A DNA stretch of 64,000 bases. It comes from an uncultured Heliomicrobium sp. GTDB taxonomy: Bacteria; Acidobacteriota; Blastocatellia; RBC074. Positions 43,897-53,937 of this stretch are shown piece after piece. The DNA lies in contig CAZMXG010000007.1 of NCBI GenBank assembly GCA_964570175.1, positions 2,109-66,108 of the forward strand, read 5' to 3'. The position numbers and the translations under genes are program-made. The notes under the pieces are model-generated. The model did no database searches, was not told where the DNA came from, and was given only the letters and a program-made list of their open reading frames with translations. How positions within the stretch are numbered: position 1 is the stretch's first letter; the number at the start of each line of letters is the position of its first letter.

Positions 43897-46070
43897 CTAT
43901 AAATATTCCCGATCTTCATAACACCAGCCCCATTCTTCACCGGGTACCAAAGATTTGATCAGCGGATGAGCCATCCGCTGATGGTGTGCAGTGGCGTGTT
44001 TATTTTTTGATGAATCGCAACAGCCGACGTGACCGCAGGTCAGGCACAATCGCAAATGCACCCAGGTGTCGCCTGAAATCAGGCATTCTTCACAGCCCCG
44101 CGCGCCGGGCACTACCGGGCGGATTTGGTCAAGGTGGGAACAAACGCTTTCTGAAACGGTTGGGGTGAACCTAACAGTCGTTTCGGTATCCACCGTAAAG
44201 CTGACGTTCTGTGGTTGCGGCAGGGAATTCCCTTCGTCGGACTTTTCTTTTCTCACCGGCATGGAGCATTGCGCCATCTTGTCCAAATGAACCTGGCAAA
44301 CGACGGGCGGTGTTTCGCCTTCTGCCGGTTGATGCAGCAAAGCGGCATATCCGCCGCTGCGAATCACTTTTTCGTTGGCTTCGATTTGTTCTGTCGGGAT
44401 TTCGTAATGCTCCATGACTTCCGTGAAAATGCGGGTGATGCTTTCCATCTCTTCGGCAATCGCACTATCCACACCGGCTTCAATCAGCGGACGCGCATCG
44501 CTGATGTAGCGCGTTCGAACGACGATCCGCATTTCCGGATTTAGCGTTTTAGCGACAGCCACAACACGATGCGTCATCGCCGGGTCGTCATCGGCAATCA
44601 CCATCATCCGTGCTCGCTCAACTCCGGCGTGTTCCAGAATGTTCCGTTTGCTATAATCGCCGCGCAACACGTTCAAGCCCGCCGCTTCGGCTTCGTTCGC
44701 GCCCCCTGGACTAAGCGTCGTGATAATGTAAGGAATGCCCGACCCGCTCAAGACGTGAACCAATCTGCGCGCCGCTTGCCCGTACCCTGCCACAATCACG
44801 TGATCATCTAAGTCCAGGAGTGGTTCTGGCAGCACGGTAGCTTCCATTCCGGCGATGATTCTGGCTGTGGTTTTCTTTTGAATCTTTCCCGCCAGCCGCG
44901 AACCGATCTGCATCAGAAACGGCGTCACAACCATCAGCACCACCGTTCCCGCGATAAACGCCTGCGAACCGGCAGCGTCCATCCCCGCAGGCGTCAACCC
45001 CACTTCACGCCCGGCACGTTCCAGCACAAAGGAAAATTCGCCAATTTGCGCCAGCATCAGCGCTGAAGCCGCCGTCACCGGCAATTTGTAGCCAAGCGCT
45101 CGCACGCTCAAACCTGTTGTTATGATCTTGATCAACAACGTCGCCGCAATGACTGCCAACGCCAATGGCAGATTCATTACCAGAAAGCGCAAATCCAACA
45201 GAATGCCGACCGAAACGAAAAAGATCGCGCTGAACAAAATCTGCAACGGCATGATTTCGCCCAAGGCGTGATGGCTGAACCGGCTTTCGCTGACCAGCAA
45301 CCCGGCAAGAAATGCGCCCAGCGATAGGCTGACTCCGGCCAAACTGGTCAAGTAAGCCGTGCCGAAACAAATGGCGATGACCGTCAACAGAAACAATTCC
45401 GGTGAACAGGTTTCGGCGACTTTTTCCAAAATCTTCGGCATCAGTTTGCGCGCAAAAAACAGCACCAGAAAAATGATGGCCAGCGCTTTGCCTAATGCCC
45501 AGACGATTCCAAGCGCCGAACCTCCTGTACCGCTGAGCATCGGAACCAGCAAGACCATGACGATGATCGCCAGGTCTTGGAAAATCAGCAGCCCCAGTCC
45601 AACCTGTCCCTGTTCGCTATTTGTTTCGCCCCGGTCGCCCAGCACTTTCAGGACGATGGCCGTGGAACTGAGTGCCACCAGAAAGCCTGTGAACAGCCCT
45701 GCGCGCCAATTGACCCCAAACAGTGTCAACAGCCCCATTGTCGCCAGCGAAGCCAGCACCACCTGAAGCCCGCCGCCGACAAAGATCAGACGCTTGATGC
45801 TGGCCAGTTTTTCCAGGCTGAATTCAATACCGATGGTGAACAGCAGCAAAATGACGCCGATTTCGGCGGCGTTATCTACCAGTTCACGATTACTGACCAA
45901 CCCCAACGCGTGGGGCCCGATCAACACACCAGCCAATAGAAAGCCGACAATCGGCACCAGCCGCAACCGAAAACTGATGTACGCGATGACTGCACCCGCA
46001 ACCATCAGGGCAACGGCATCTGTCAGGTAAGCCGGAACCGTTCCGGCTGCAAAGATTGTCGGCAAGCTCA
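43897..46070 (-). CDS. CPA2-family cation:proton antiporter (Kef-type) fused to TrkA-N/TrkA-C and a C-terminal UBP-type zinc finger
   Basis: 12-TM Na+/H+-exchanger domain. Rossmann TrkA-N (HVIVAGYGQAARRLVHVL). C-terminal zf-UBP-like CxxC...CxxCGHVGCC...H...H segment (GCEECLISGDTWVHLRLCLTCGHVGCCDSSKNKHATAHHQRMAHP). Start set at the MSLPTI ATG at 46070. Confidence 0.7.
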
Positions 46071-46324
46071 TCGTCAAAAATTTTTCCTTTGTTGAATGCG
46101 TTTGTCGTGACCGCATTCGATCATGCCTTAGCTTTCCCACGCTCGGCAACGAAGAACTCTGCCACTTCTATTGAAACACCGGCACCAACTTACGCCACAG
46201 TCCGCGCATAATCTGTACGGCAACAGACTCACCCTTTCTTGGTTTCTGATCACTGCGGACTTAAACTGCCAACGCCTCTTTGGTTCGTCAAAACCTTTCT
46301 ATTAACCATTCAGAGGGTATTTCG

Positions 46325-46819
46325 ATGTTCTATTTTTTGTGCATCCTGATGCTGTTGATGCAACAGCCTGCAAACGATGCTGCCAACTTTCAATCTGATA
46401 AAAATCCTGCTGATCTGATCGTGCTTTCCCATAGCTGGAAAATGATTCGGGAAGAAAGCCGTCCGTCAACCGCTTGGGATGAATTTGGAAATGCCCAACA
46501 CCCCGCTGCGCTATCGCCGGATTCTTATCGTTACAAATACGACGTAAAAGTCCGGAACATCGGCGCAAAAGCGATCAAGGCAGTTCAATGGCGGTATGTC
46601 TTCACTACCCGAACCGGCCAATCGTCGTTTGAAGTCTTTAGTAAAGAGAGAGTCTTACCCGGACAAAGTAAAAAACTCGGGCTTGGTCAGGTGAATCCAC
46701 CTGGGCCGCCGCGTTCCGTCAATCAAGTTGGAAAGCCTGTTCCCATAAAGGACCTCATGGAACACGTTGTGATTTTATGCATCGAATATACCGACGGGTC
46801 GGTTTGGAAAAGATTATAA
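46325..46819 (+). CDS. Small secreted hypothetical protein
   Basis: MFYFLCILMLLMQQPA signal. 164 aa. No recognised domain. Confidence 0.3.
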   Translation: MFYFLCILMLLMQQPANDAANFQSDKNPADLIVLSHSWKMIREESRPSTAWDEFGNAQHPAALSPDSYRYKYDVKVRNIGAKAIKAVQWRYVFTTRTGQSSFEVFSKERVLPGQSKKLGLGQVNPPGPPRSVNQVGKPVPIKDLMEHVVILCIEYTDGSVWKRL

Positions 46820-46822
46820 AGT

Positions 46823-47392
46823 TTAGCTGATCCGTCCGGCTCCTAAGACAATCGCGCTGTAAGCAACCGCGACATCTGCCCCTCGGTTCGCATACGAATG
46901 TTTTTGATCGCCGCGAAACACCACAACATCGCCTGGCGACAATGAATACTTTTCGCCGGACACGACCAGTTCCACGTGGCCGGATTCGCAAGCCAGATAT
47001 TCCCGTGTTCCCATTCGATGCGGAACGCCAGTCATTTGCGCGCCCGGCGGCAATTCCATGCGGTCAAGTTCCATCCCTTGCAAATAATCCGGCAGCAGTT
47101 TGCGGATCAGCACGCCTCCGCGCCGTTGTTTGGGGATGGTGTCGGCCGGATGGAGTTTCGCCTGCGCTTTCGGCGGACTGATCAATTCTTCGACAGGAAC
47201 CTGGAGTGCAGCGGCGACTTTGGCCAGCACGGACACCGTTGGGTTCGCCGTGCCTGATTCCAGATTCGACCACGTGGGCCGCGGCACTCCCGACAACCGA
47301 GAAAGCTGTTCCTGTGACAGATTCCGGCTTTGCCGCAACTGTTTGATGTTTTGCGCAATGTAACCCGCCAGCTTGTCTTCCATACCAGCCAA
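46823..47392 (-). CDS. XRE-family HTH transcriptional regulator with C-terminal cupin domain
   Basis: HTH LSQEQLSRLSGVPRPTWSNLESG. C-terminal cupin beta-barrel (GHVELVVSGEKYSLSPGDVVVF). Confidence 0.7.
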   Translation of the reverse strand: MAGMEDKLAGYIAQNIKQLRQSRNLSQEQLSRLSGVPRPTWSNLESGTANPTVSVLAKVAAALQVPVEELISPPKAQAKLHPADTIPKQRRGGVLIRKLLPDYLQGMELDRMELPPGAQMTGVPHRMGTREYLACESGHVELVVSGEKYSLSPGDVVVFRGDQKHSYANRGADVAVAYSAIVLGAGRIS

Positions 47393-47478
47393 TTAGCATT
47401 CCGATAATATATTGTCAATTTCGTCGGCATATCAGCAAAGCGCCTTTATGATCCCGCGCAGAAAAGGAGGAATTTGCA

Positions 47479-48240
47479 ATGTCAGAGTTGAATGGAAAAT
47501 CAGTGTTGATTACCGGCGGAAGCCGAGGGCTGGGAAAATCGCTGGCGCTGAAGCTGGCGGCGAAAGGCGCAAAAGTGGCCGTCGTTGCTCGGCAAAAAGT
47601 GGAACTTGACGAAGTTGTGGGAGAGATCAAATGGAACGGCGGCACGGCATTCGGCATTGTGGCCGACGTCGGAGACAAGGAAAGCATTTATCCGATTGTC
47701 GGTCAGGCGGCGGCGCTGGCCGGGCCGGTGGACATTCTGATCAACAACGCCAGCACGCTGGGGCCTGTGCCGCTGCGGCTGATTCCCGATACGGATTGCG
47801 AAGATTTTGAACGTGCGCTCGGGGTCAACACGATCGGCCCGTTTCGGCTGATGAAGGCGGTCGCAGGGCCGATGATCCTGCGGCAAGCTGGTCTGGTCAT
47901 CAACATTTCTTCGGACGCGGCGGTCGAAGCCTATCCGGCATGGGGCGTGTACGGCGCTTCCAAAGCCGCGCTGGACCATCTGACGCGGATTGCGGCGGCA
48001 GAGCTTGGTAGCGCGGGCGTTCGTTTCTTGAGCGTTGATCCGGGAGAGATGGATACGCGCATGCATGCCGACGCCATGCCGGAAACTGATCCCGCAACTT
48101 TGCAATCCCCCGAAGCTGTCGCAGATCAAATCGTATTGATGATTGAACATGCAGATGAAATTGAAAACGGATCACGGATGGTTGCCACCAACTGGTGGGA
48201 AAGGAGGCGTTATGAAAGCAGCACAGGCTCCCAGAACTGA
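47479..48240 (+). CDS. SDR-family short-chain dehydrogenase/reductase
   Basis: ITGGSRGLGKSLALKLAAKGAKV (TGxxxGxG). NNAS. YGASKAAL catalytic YxxxK. Confidence 0.8.
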   Translation: MSELNGKSVLITGGSRGLGKSLALKLAAKGAKVAVVARQKVELDEVVGEIKWNGGTAFGIVADVGDKESIYPIVGQAAALAGPVDILINNASTLGPVPLRLIPDTDCEDFERALGVNTIGPFRLMKAVAGPMILRQAGLVINISSDAAVEAYPAWGVYGASKAALDHLTRIAAAELGSAGVRFLSVDPGEMDTRMHADAMPETDPATLQSPEAVADQIVLMIEHADEIENGSRMVATNWWERRRYESSTGSQN

Positions 48241-49210
48241 AAAGAAGAACGTAAAACTGCTGGTTGTTGAAGCAGGCGAAATACAGGATGGATTGATGAA
48301 ATGCCTGCCCGATCATTTGCGCGCAGGCGATTTGCTGGTGGTCAACGACGCAGCAACCTTGCCCGCTTCGCTGCACGGACGGAATGAAAACGACCAACCA
48401 GTGGAAATTCGTCTGGCGTCGCAATTGAATGACCGAAGCTGGCAGGCGGTGGTTTTTGGCGAAGGAGATTGGCGCACGCCCACAGAACACAGGCCTACTC
48501 CGCCGCGCGTCAAGCCAGGCGAAGAGATTGCCTTTGCCGGTGATTTCAGCGCCATCGTCCTGAAGGAAAACAAACTGTCCGGCAGGTTGCTCGATCTGGA
48601 ATTCAATCGTTCTGGCGAAGATCTGTGGCAAGGCATATATCGGTACGGTAAACCGGTTCAGTACTCTTACATGACAGACGAACTGAATTTATGGTCGGTG
48701 CAAAACGTTTACGGCAGCCGGCCTTGGGCTGTGGAAATGCCCAGCGCTGGCCATGCGCTGGACTGGCAGTTGCTGCTGAAGCTGAAAGAAAAAGGGATTC
48801 AAATCGCTACGCTGACGCACGGCGCGGGCTTATCCGCCACAGGCGATGAGCAGATTGATCAGGCCTTACCACTGGCCGAACGGTTCGAGATTCCGGCGGC
48901 GACGATGGCAACTGTTCTGAGAACCAAAGCTAGCGGCGGACGAGTTGTCGCGGTGGGAACTTCTGTGGTCCGTGCCTTGGAAAGCGCGTCGCTTGGTTTG
49001 AGTGGTGTTACGACCTTGAAAATTGGCCCGGAGCATCAACTTCAGTTTGTGGACGGATTGCTGACCGGCACGCACGATGTGACGGAAAGCCATTACCAAT
49101 TGCTGCAAGCGTTTTTGCCGGAAAGTTTGCTCACCCGCATCAGCCAGCATTTGGAACAGCACCATTACCTGACGCATGAATTCGGTGATGCGTGTTTGAT
49201 TCTTGGCTGA
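48212..49210 (+). CDS. QueA-like protein (S-adenosylmethionine:tRNA ribosyltransferase-isomerase family, divergent)
   Basis: GDLLVVNDAATLPASLHG (compare QueA GDLLVFNNTRVIPARL). LTHGAGLS (QueA TLHVGAGTF). VAVGTSVVRALES (QueA VAVGTTSVRSLE). The conserved YQTVYA block is not seen. Confidence 0.55.
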   Translation: MKAAQAPRTEKKNVKLLVVEAGEIQDGLMKCLPDHLRAGDLLVVNDAATLPASLHGRNENDQPVEIRLASQLNDRSWQAVVFGEGDWRTPTEHRPTPPRVKPGEEIAFAGDFSAIVLKENKLSGRLLDLEFNRSGEDLWQGIYRYGKPVQYSYMTDELNLWSVQNVYGSRPWAVEMPSAGHALDWQLLLKLKEKGIQIATLTHGAGLSATGDEQIDQALPLAERFEIPAATMATVLRTKASGGRVVAVGTSVVRALESASLGLSGVTTLKIGPEHQLQFVDGLLTGTHDVTESHYQLLQAFLPESLLTRISQHLEQHHYLTHEFGDACLILG

Positions 49211-49319
49211 CACAGAAAAACTTCACTCGGGAATTCGCACTTTTCCCTGCTGAGAAGCGCGAATCTTGCCATTCGCCTTGCACTCGCGTTACAACTCGAA
49301 TCCGAAGGGTACGCGAACA

Positions 49320-50501
49320 ATGGGCACAAGCTGGAATAATCTTTTTCTCCGCACCCGCAACGGCTATTGGTTTGCTGTTGCGGGCATTGCGTTGGTCACA
49401 GCAGCACTTGCTCCTTTCCACAACCGCTTCAGTTCAACAACTGTGGCGTTGGCGTTGTTGATTGTTGTTTTGTTTGCCGCGACCGGATGGGGAAGCCGAC
49501 CGGCTGCACTGGCGGCGATTTTGGGCGCGGCGTGCTTTAATTTCTTTTTCCTGCCACCGGTTCACACCTTCACCATTGCCGCCCCGCAAAACTGGACAGC
49601 GCTGGCAGCATTCCTGATTACAGCCGTCACTGCCGGACAGCTTTCGGCCCGTGCCAAACGCCGCGCTGAAGAAGCAGAAGCGGGCAAAGTGGAAATTGAA
49701 CGGCTTTACCGCGAATATCAGATCGCCGAAGAGCAAGCCAAACAAGCCGAAATTTTTCGTCAAAGCGAGCAGCTAAAATCTGCGCTGCTGGATGCTGTGA
49801 CACATGATCTGCGCACGCCGCTGACTTCTATCAAAGCATCCGTGACAACCTTGATCGCCGAAGAAAGTAGCGACGATCCCGTCAAGCTGGATCACGAAAG
49901 CCGTTTTGAGCTGCTGGAAATCATCAACGAAGAAGCCGACCGGTTAAATCGCTTTGTTGAACACATGGTGGATTTGGCAAAGCTGGAAGCAGGGGAATTG
50001 CAACTTCGCCGGCGATGGGGTTCGGTGGAAGAAATCATTGCCGCAGCCAGGGAACGCGCCAGCGCGTTAACCGCCAAACATCACGTTGAAGTTTTTGTTG
50101 AAACAGAACTGCCGTCAGTTCGTGTGGATGCGACGCTGCTGGCCGAAGTGTTGTATTCGCTGATTGACAACGCCGCAAAGTATTCTCCCATTGGTTCGAC
50201 GATTAAAATTGCCGCCAATCAAGCTGAAGGCGAGATGATTACCATTTCGGTTGAAGATCAAGGTTCTGGCGTTCCGGCCGAACTACGCCAACGGATCTTC
50301 GATAAATTCTTTCGTGTGACCAATGACAGCGCGCAACATCCAAGCGGTTTGGGAATGGGGTTGGCTATCGCTCGTGGAATTGTTGAAGCGCACGGCGGAT
50401 ATATCTGGATCGAAAGCGGCGCCAACGATCGCGGCACGCGGGTGAAACTGAGAATCCCAATTGGCGACGAAGACGCTGAAGGAGCCAACAGGCATGAGTG
50501 A
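49320..50501 (+). CDS. Sensor histidine kinase, KdpD C-terminal type (4-TM DUF4118 + HisKA + HATPase_c; no KdpD N-terminal/Usp domains)
   Basis: DUF4118-like TM block (NGYWFAVAGIALV...FNFFFLPPVHTF). H-box AVTHDLRTPLTSI. N/G boxes. ATG at 49320. Confidence 0.75.
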   Translation: MGTSWNNLFLRTRNGYWFAVAGIALVTAALAPFHNRFSSTTVALALLIVVLFAATGWGSRPAALAAILGAACFNFFFLPPVHTFTIAAPQNWTALAAFLITAVTAGQLSARAKRRAEEAEAGKVEIERLYREYQIAEEQAKQAEIFRQSEQLKSALLDAVTHDLRTPLTSIKASVTTLIAEESSDDPVKLDHESRFELLEIINEEADRLNRFVEHMVDLAKLEAGELQLRRRWGSVEEIIAAARERASALTAKHHVEVFVETELPSVRVDATLLAEVLYSLIDNAAKYSPIGSTIKIAANQAEGEMITISVEDQGSGVPAELRQRIFDKFFRVTNDSAQHPSGLGMGLAIARGIVEAHGGYIWIESGANDRGTRVKLRIPIGDEDAEGANRHE

Positions 50502-51189
50502 CGCGCAACGCATTCTGGTTGTAGACGACGAAACGCAGATTGTCCGCGTGTTGCGCCGAGGTTTGTCTGCGCGCGGTTATGAAGTCCAAACCGCCAGCAA
50601 CGGGGAAGAAGCGTTGGATGTTTTTTCGCAATGGCCAGCCGATCTGGTCATCACCGATCTTTCCATGCCGCAAATGGCCGGGCTGGAGCTTTGCCGCCGT
50701 CTGCGCAAATTGTCCCCTGTGCCAATCATTGTGCTTTCGGTTAAGGGAGAAGAACGAACCAAGGTTGAAGCGCTGGATTCCGGCGCTGACGATTACATCA
50801 CCAAGCCGTTTGGCATGGACGAACTGCTGGCGCGAATTCGCGCAGCGTTGCGGCGAACTACGGCTTCGACTTCACGCGAAATGACCGAGATCGAACTTGG
50901 CGATTTTCACGTTGACCTGGAAGCCAGAAGCGTCACCGTGCGAAACAATGGCGTGCATCTGACGCCCAAAGAATACGAATTGCTGGTTTACCTGATTCGT
51001 CATGCTGGCAAAGTCTTGACTCACCGCATTTTGCTCGGGGCGATTTGGGGCGGCGACTACACCGAACAAACTGAATATCTGCGTGTTTTTATTGGCCAGC
51101 TTCGCAAAAAGATCGAACCGGATCCGGCAAACCCTCGCTATATTTTGACTGAGCCTTGGATCGGCTATCGGTTTAGTCCCGATTCCTAA
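50494..51189 (+). CDS. OmpR/KdpE-family response regulator
   Basis: REC domain (ILVVDDE...DLVITDLSMP). C-terminal trans_reg_C wHTH (LTPKEYELLVYLIRHAGKVLTHRILL). Overlaps the HK stop by 8 bp. Confidence 0.85.
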   Translation: MSDAQRILVVDDETQIVRVLRRGLSARGYEVQTASNGEEALDVFSQWPADLVITDLSMPQMAGLELCRRLRKLSPVPIIVLSVKGEERTKVEALDSGADDYITKPFGMDELLARIRAALRRTTASTSREMTEIELGDFHVDLEARSVTVRNNGVHLTPKEYELLVYLIRHAGKVLTHRILLGAIWGGDYTEQTEYLRVFIGQLRKKIEPDPANPRYILTEPWIGYRFSPDS

Positions 51190-51316
51190 ATCTTGGAACG
51201 TAGCTTTGATTCCGAGGTGCCTTTTGTCCTCAACATTTTTTCCGCAAATTTTGGAAGTTTTTGAGCGCGCCGAGCGAATACCTCATGTCAGCCGACCGGC
51301 GGACGCTACAAAAACG

Positions 51317-51940
51317 ATGAGCAACGGAACGACATTCAGCGACCATGACTTGTTGCGGCGGATGATGGCTGGCGACGAAGAAGCGTTTACCGCGCTTTAT
51401 CGGCGGCATCAGGCCAACATTTATCGTTTCGCGTTGCTGATGAGCGGTTCGGCGACAGTTGCCGACGATGTGACGCAGGAAGTCTTTCTGGCTTTGATGG
51501 GCGGCGGCCAGCGTTACGATTCGGATCGTGGCCCGCTGACGGCCTTTCTGTATGGAATTGCCCGCAACCAGGTGTTGCGATCCCGTCGCCGTGAACGCGC
51601 TTGTGATCCTTTGGAAGAAGAAACAGAAGAGGCCGAGGCCGGTATCGTTCGAAGTTTGATTTCACAAGACGACCCGCTGGCTGAGATCGTGCGCGGCGAA
51701 ATCATCAGCGCTGTTCGCCAAGCAGTTTTAACGCTGCCCGCGCGTTACCGCGAAACCGTCGTGCTGTGCGACTTTCAGGAATTAAGTTACGCAGAAGCCG
51801 CTCTGGCGCTTAATTGCGCGGTTGGCACCGTGAGTTCGCGTTTGAACCGCGCGCGCGCAATGTTGGCTGAACGCTTGCGAGCGATGAATTCAGTGGACGC
51901 CAACGCGTTTGAAACTGCACCTGTGAGGTGTTTGGTATGA
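51317..51940 (+). CDS. ECF-subfamily RNA polymerase sigma-70 factor
   Basis: Region 2 (FTALYRRHQANIYRFALLMSGSATVADDVTQEVFL). Region 4 (YRETVVLCDFQELSYAEAALALNCAVGTVSSRLNRAR). Confidence 0.8.
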   Translation: MSNGTTFSDHDLLRRMMAGDEEAFTALYRRHQANIYRFALLMSGSATVADDVTQEVFLALMGGGQRYDSDRGPLTAFLYGIARNQVLRSRRRERACDPLEEETEEAEAGIVRSLISQDDPLAEIVRGEIISAVRQAVLTLPARYRETVVLCDFQELSYAEAALALNCAVGTVSSRLNRARAMLAERLRAMNSVDANAFETAPVRCLV

Positions 51941-52728
51941 ACTGTCAGGATTTCGAAATCACCATTTTGGGAATGGCGCGATCTCAACTGTTGGATGCCT
52001 CGGCTCGCCGCCAGACGCTTGCTCATATCGCGGAGTGTGCCGCCTGCGCTGACCGGCTTGCCGAACAACAGGCGCTGACGGCTGCCGTGAACGCTACGGC
52101 GAAAAACCTTCGGTATGAAGAAGCATCGGCGCATGTTGAACAATCTTTGCGGGCAGCTTTCCGGAAACAGTCAAAAGTTCCTACAGTGTTTCGCAGCACG
52201 CCGATTCGCACACAGCAATCGTCGAAACGGATTTTCGCCACTGTAGCAGCAATTGTTTTACTGATTTTCCTAGCCAGCTTGATTCGGCAATGGAGTACCG
52301 GCGGCTCAAACCAAAAATTGGCGGAAGCGCAACCCACGCCAACTACGCCTTCAAAGAATGATCTAAGTCAGAAATATCCGCCCACCCCGTCAGAGCAGAA
52401 ATTTGTCCGCCACGTTGGCAGTGAGCGACGCCACGTCCGACGACCTTTTCCCAAAGCGACAACCGAGTTGGAAGAAGCCATCACGGGATTTATCGCTTTA
52501 AGTAATGAAAGCCAGCTTGTCCCTTTGGAAAGCGGCCAGGTGCTGCGCGTTGAGCTTCCGACTTCGACGCTGATTTCCATGGGGCTGCCGATTACTGCGG
52601 AAGACGTTAGCAAACCGATCCTGGCAGATTTGCTGGTTGGCCAAGACGGAATGGCGCGCGCCATCCGCTTTGTTCGACCGATCGAAACCAATGAAACCGG
52701 CTCGTCTCAACAATTCAATAACAAGTGA
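51937..52728 (+). CDS. Anti-sigma factor (zf-HC2-type N-terminus, single TM)
   Basis: MNCQDFE...HIAECAACADRL is a Cys/His zinc motif typical of ECF anti-sigmas. TM helix IFATVAAIVLLIFLASLI. ATGA overlap with the sigma gene. Confidence 0.6.
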   Translation: MNCQDFEITILGMARSQLLDASARRQTLAHIAECAACADRLAEQQALTAAVNATAKNLRYEEASAHVEQSLRAAFRKQSKVPTVFRSTPIRTQQSSKRIFATVAAIVLLIFLASLIRQWSTGGSNQKLAEAQPTPTTPSKNDLSQKYPPTPSEQKFVRHVGSERRHVRRPFPKATTELEEAITGFIALSNESQLVPLESGQVLRVELPTSTLISMGLPITAEDVSKPILADLLVGQDGMARAIRFVRPIETNETGSSQQFNNK

Positions 52729-52746
52729 TTAGAAAAGGAGTTTTCA

Positions 52747-53691
52747 ATGAAAAAAACTAGATTTGCAATTGCCATCTTGTTTCTCTTTTCCATCTGCGGC
52801 GTGGCCGCTTTCGCCCAGGAAACCGATCAGGAAAAAGCCATCGCCGCCAAAAAAATTGCAGTAGAAAAAGCTATCGCCCAAGGCCAAGTTGCGGAAGTGG
52901 AAGGAAGAATCAAAGCAGAATTGGTTACAGTGCTGGGAGCCAAAATCGGTTTTGAAACCAAGCTGGTCAAAGGCGCGCCGTATTCGGCGGTGGCTGTTTC
53001 CGAAACTGTTCAAACGCTGGGAGATGGCAACCGGATACGGCAAACCACCAGTACCACAATTTACCGCGACAGCACCGGGCGCACCCGGCGCGAAGTCACG
53101 CAGAAAGACGGCACCACGCAATCCATCGCCATTACCGATCCCGCAACAGGCGTTAGCTATTCGCTGAACCCGCGCAATCGAACCGCGACCAAATCGGAAT
53201 TTGGCGTAATGGTGAAAAAGTTTGATTTAGTGCGCGATGAAGAAAAGATGAGGGCAGAGCTTGAAAGAAAGAGAGCCGTGGAATTGCAAGCGATGTCCAG
53301 CGCCAATCTTCCCAGCAAGAAACAAGCCCAAACAGAATCCCTGGGACGGCAGACCATTGAAGGCGTGGAAGCCGAAGGCACGCGCACGACACTGACCATT
53401 CCTGCCGGACAGATCGGGAATGACTTGCCCATCAATGTCGTTTCGGAGCAATGGTATTCGCCGGAACTGCAACAGTTGATTATGACCAAACATAACGATC
53501 CGCGCGTTGGCGAAACCACTTACCGTTTGACCAATATCAACCGGTCAGAACCTGACCGCTCTTTGTTTGAAGTGCCTGGCGATTACACCATTCGCACGCA
53601 AGCCGAGCTGCAGAAAGTCGAACTTGATAGAAAGGCCGAACTCGAAAACAAAATACGTATCAAAGAAAGCAAACCCGAAGAGCAAAAATAA
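52747..53691 (+). CDS. Secreted hypothetical protein, Lys/Glu-rich, downstream of the ECF sigma/anti-sigma pair
   Basis: Signal peptide (AIAILFLFSICGVAAFAQ). Coiled-coil-like charged segments. No known domain. Confidence 0.35.
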   Translation: MKKTRFAIAILFLFSICGVAAFAQETDQEKAIAAKKIAVEKAIAQGQVAEVEGRIKAELVTVLGAKIGFETKLVKGAPYSAVAVSETVQTLGDGNRIRQTTSTTIYRDSTGRTRREVTQKDGTTQSIAITDPATGVSYSLNPRNRTATKSEFGVMVKKFDLVRDEEKMRAELERKRAVELQAMSSANLPSKKQAQTESLGRQTIEGVEAEGTRTTLTIPAGQIGNDLPINVVSEQWYSPELQQLIMTKHNDPRVGETTYRLTNINRSEPDRSLFEVPGDYTIRTQAELQKVELDRKAELENKIRIKESKPEEQK

Positions 53692-53700
53692 CCTTAAAAA

Positions 53701-53730
53701 CTGGGCGGAACTGGAGCCGGTTCCGCCCAG
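53701..53730. terminator. Stem-loop (possible terminator) after the secreted-protein gene
   Basis: CTGGGCGGAAC-TGGAGCCG-GTTCCGCCCAG is a perfect 11-bp inverted repeat. No strong T-tract. Confidence 0.4.
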
Positions 53731-53937
53731 ACATTTGCCCAATCAGATTTCGCGCTCAGCTTCAACAGCCTCTGGATCGCCTACCTGCTGCACATTCCTA
53801 TTGATCATTCTCGCCGCTTTCACAGCAATCAGTTTCACCGAGCCAATTGACACCACGTGACGGGCAGCTACCATGCTCATCGTTCCTGCCAATTCCGGCA
53901 GGCGTTTTTTATAAAACCTTATTTCCTATAAAACTTT

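Noticed and set aside
47500-48631. Minus-strand ORFs of 216 and 243 aa overlapping the SDR and QueA-like genes
   Set aside because: They are antisense shadows of well-supported plus-strand genes and have no RBS or domain evidence.
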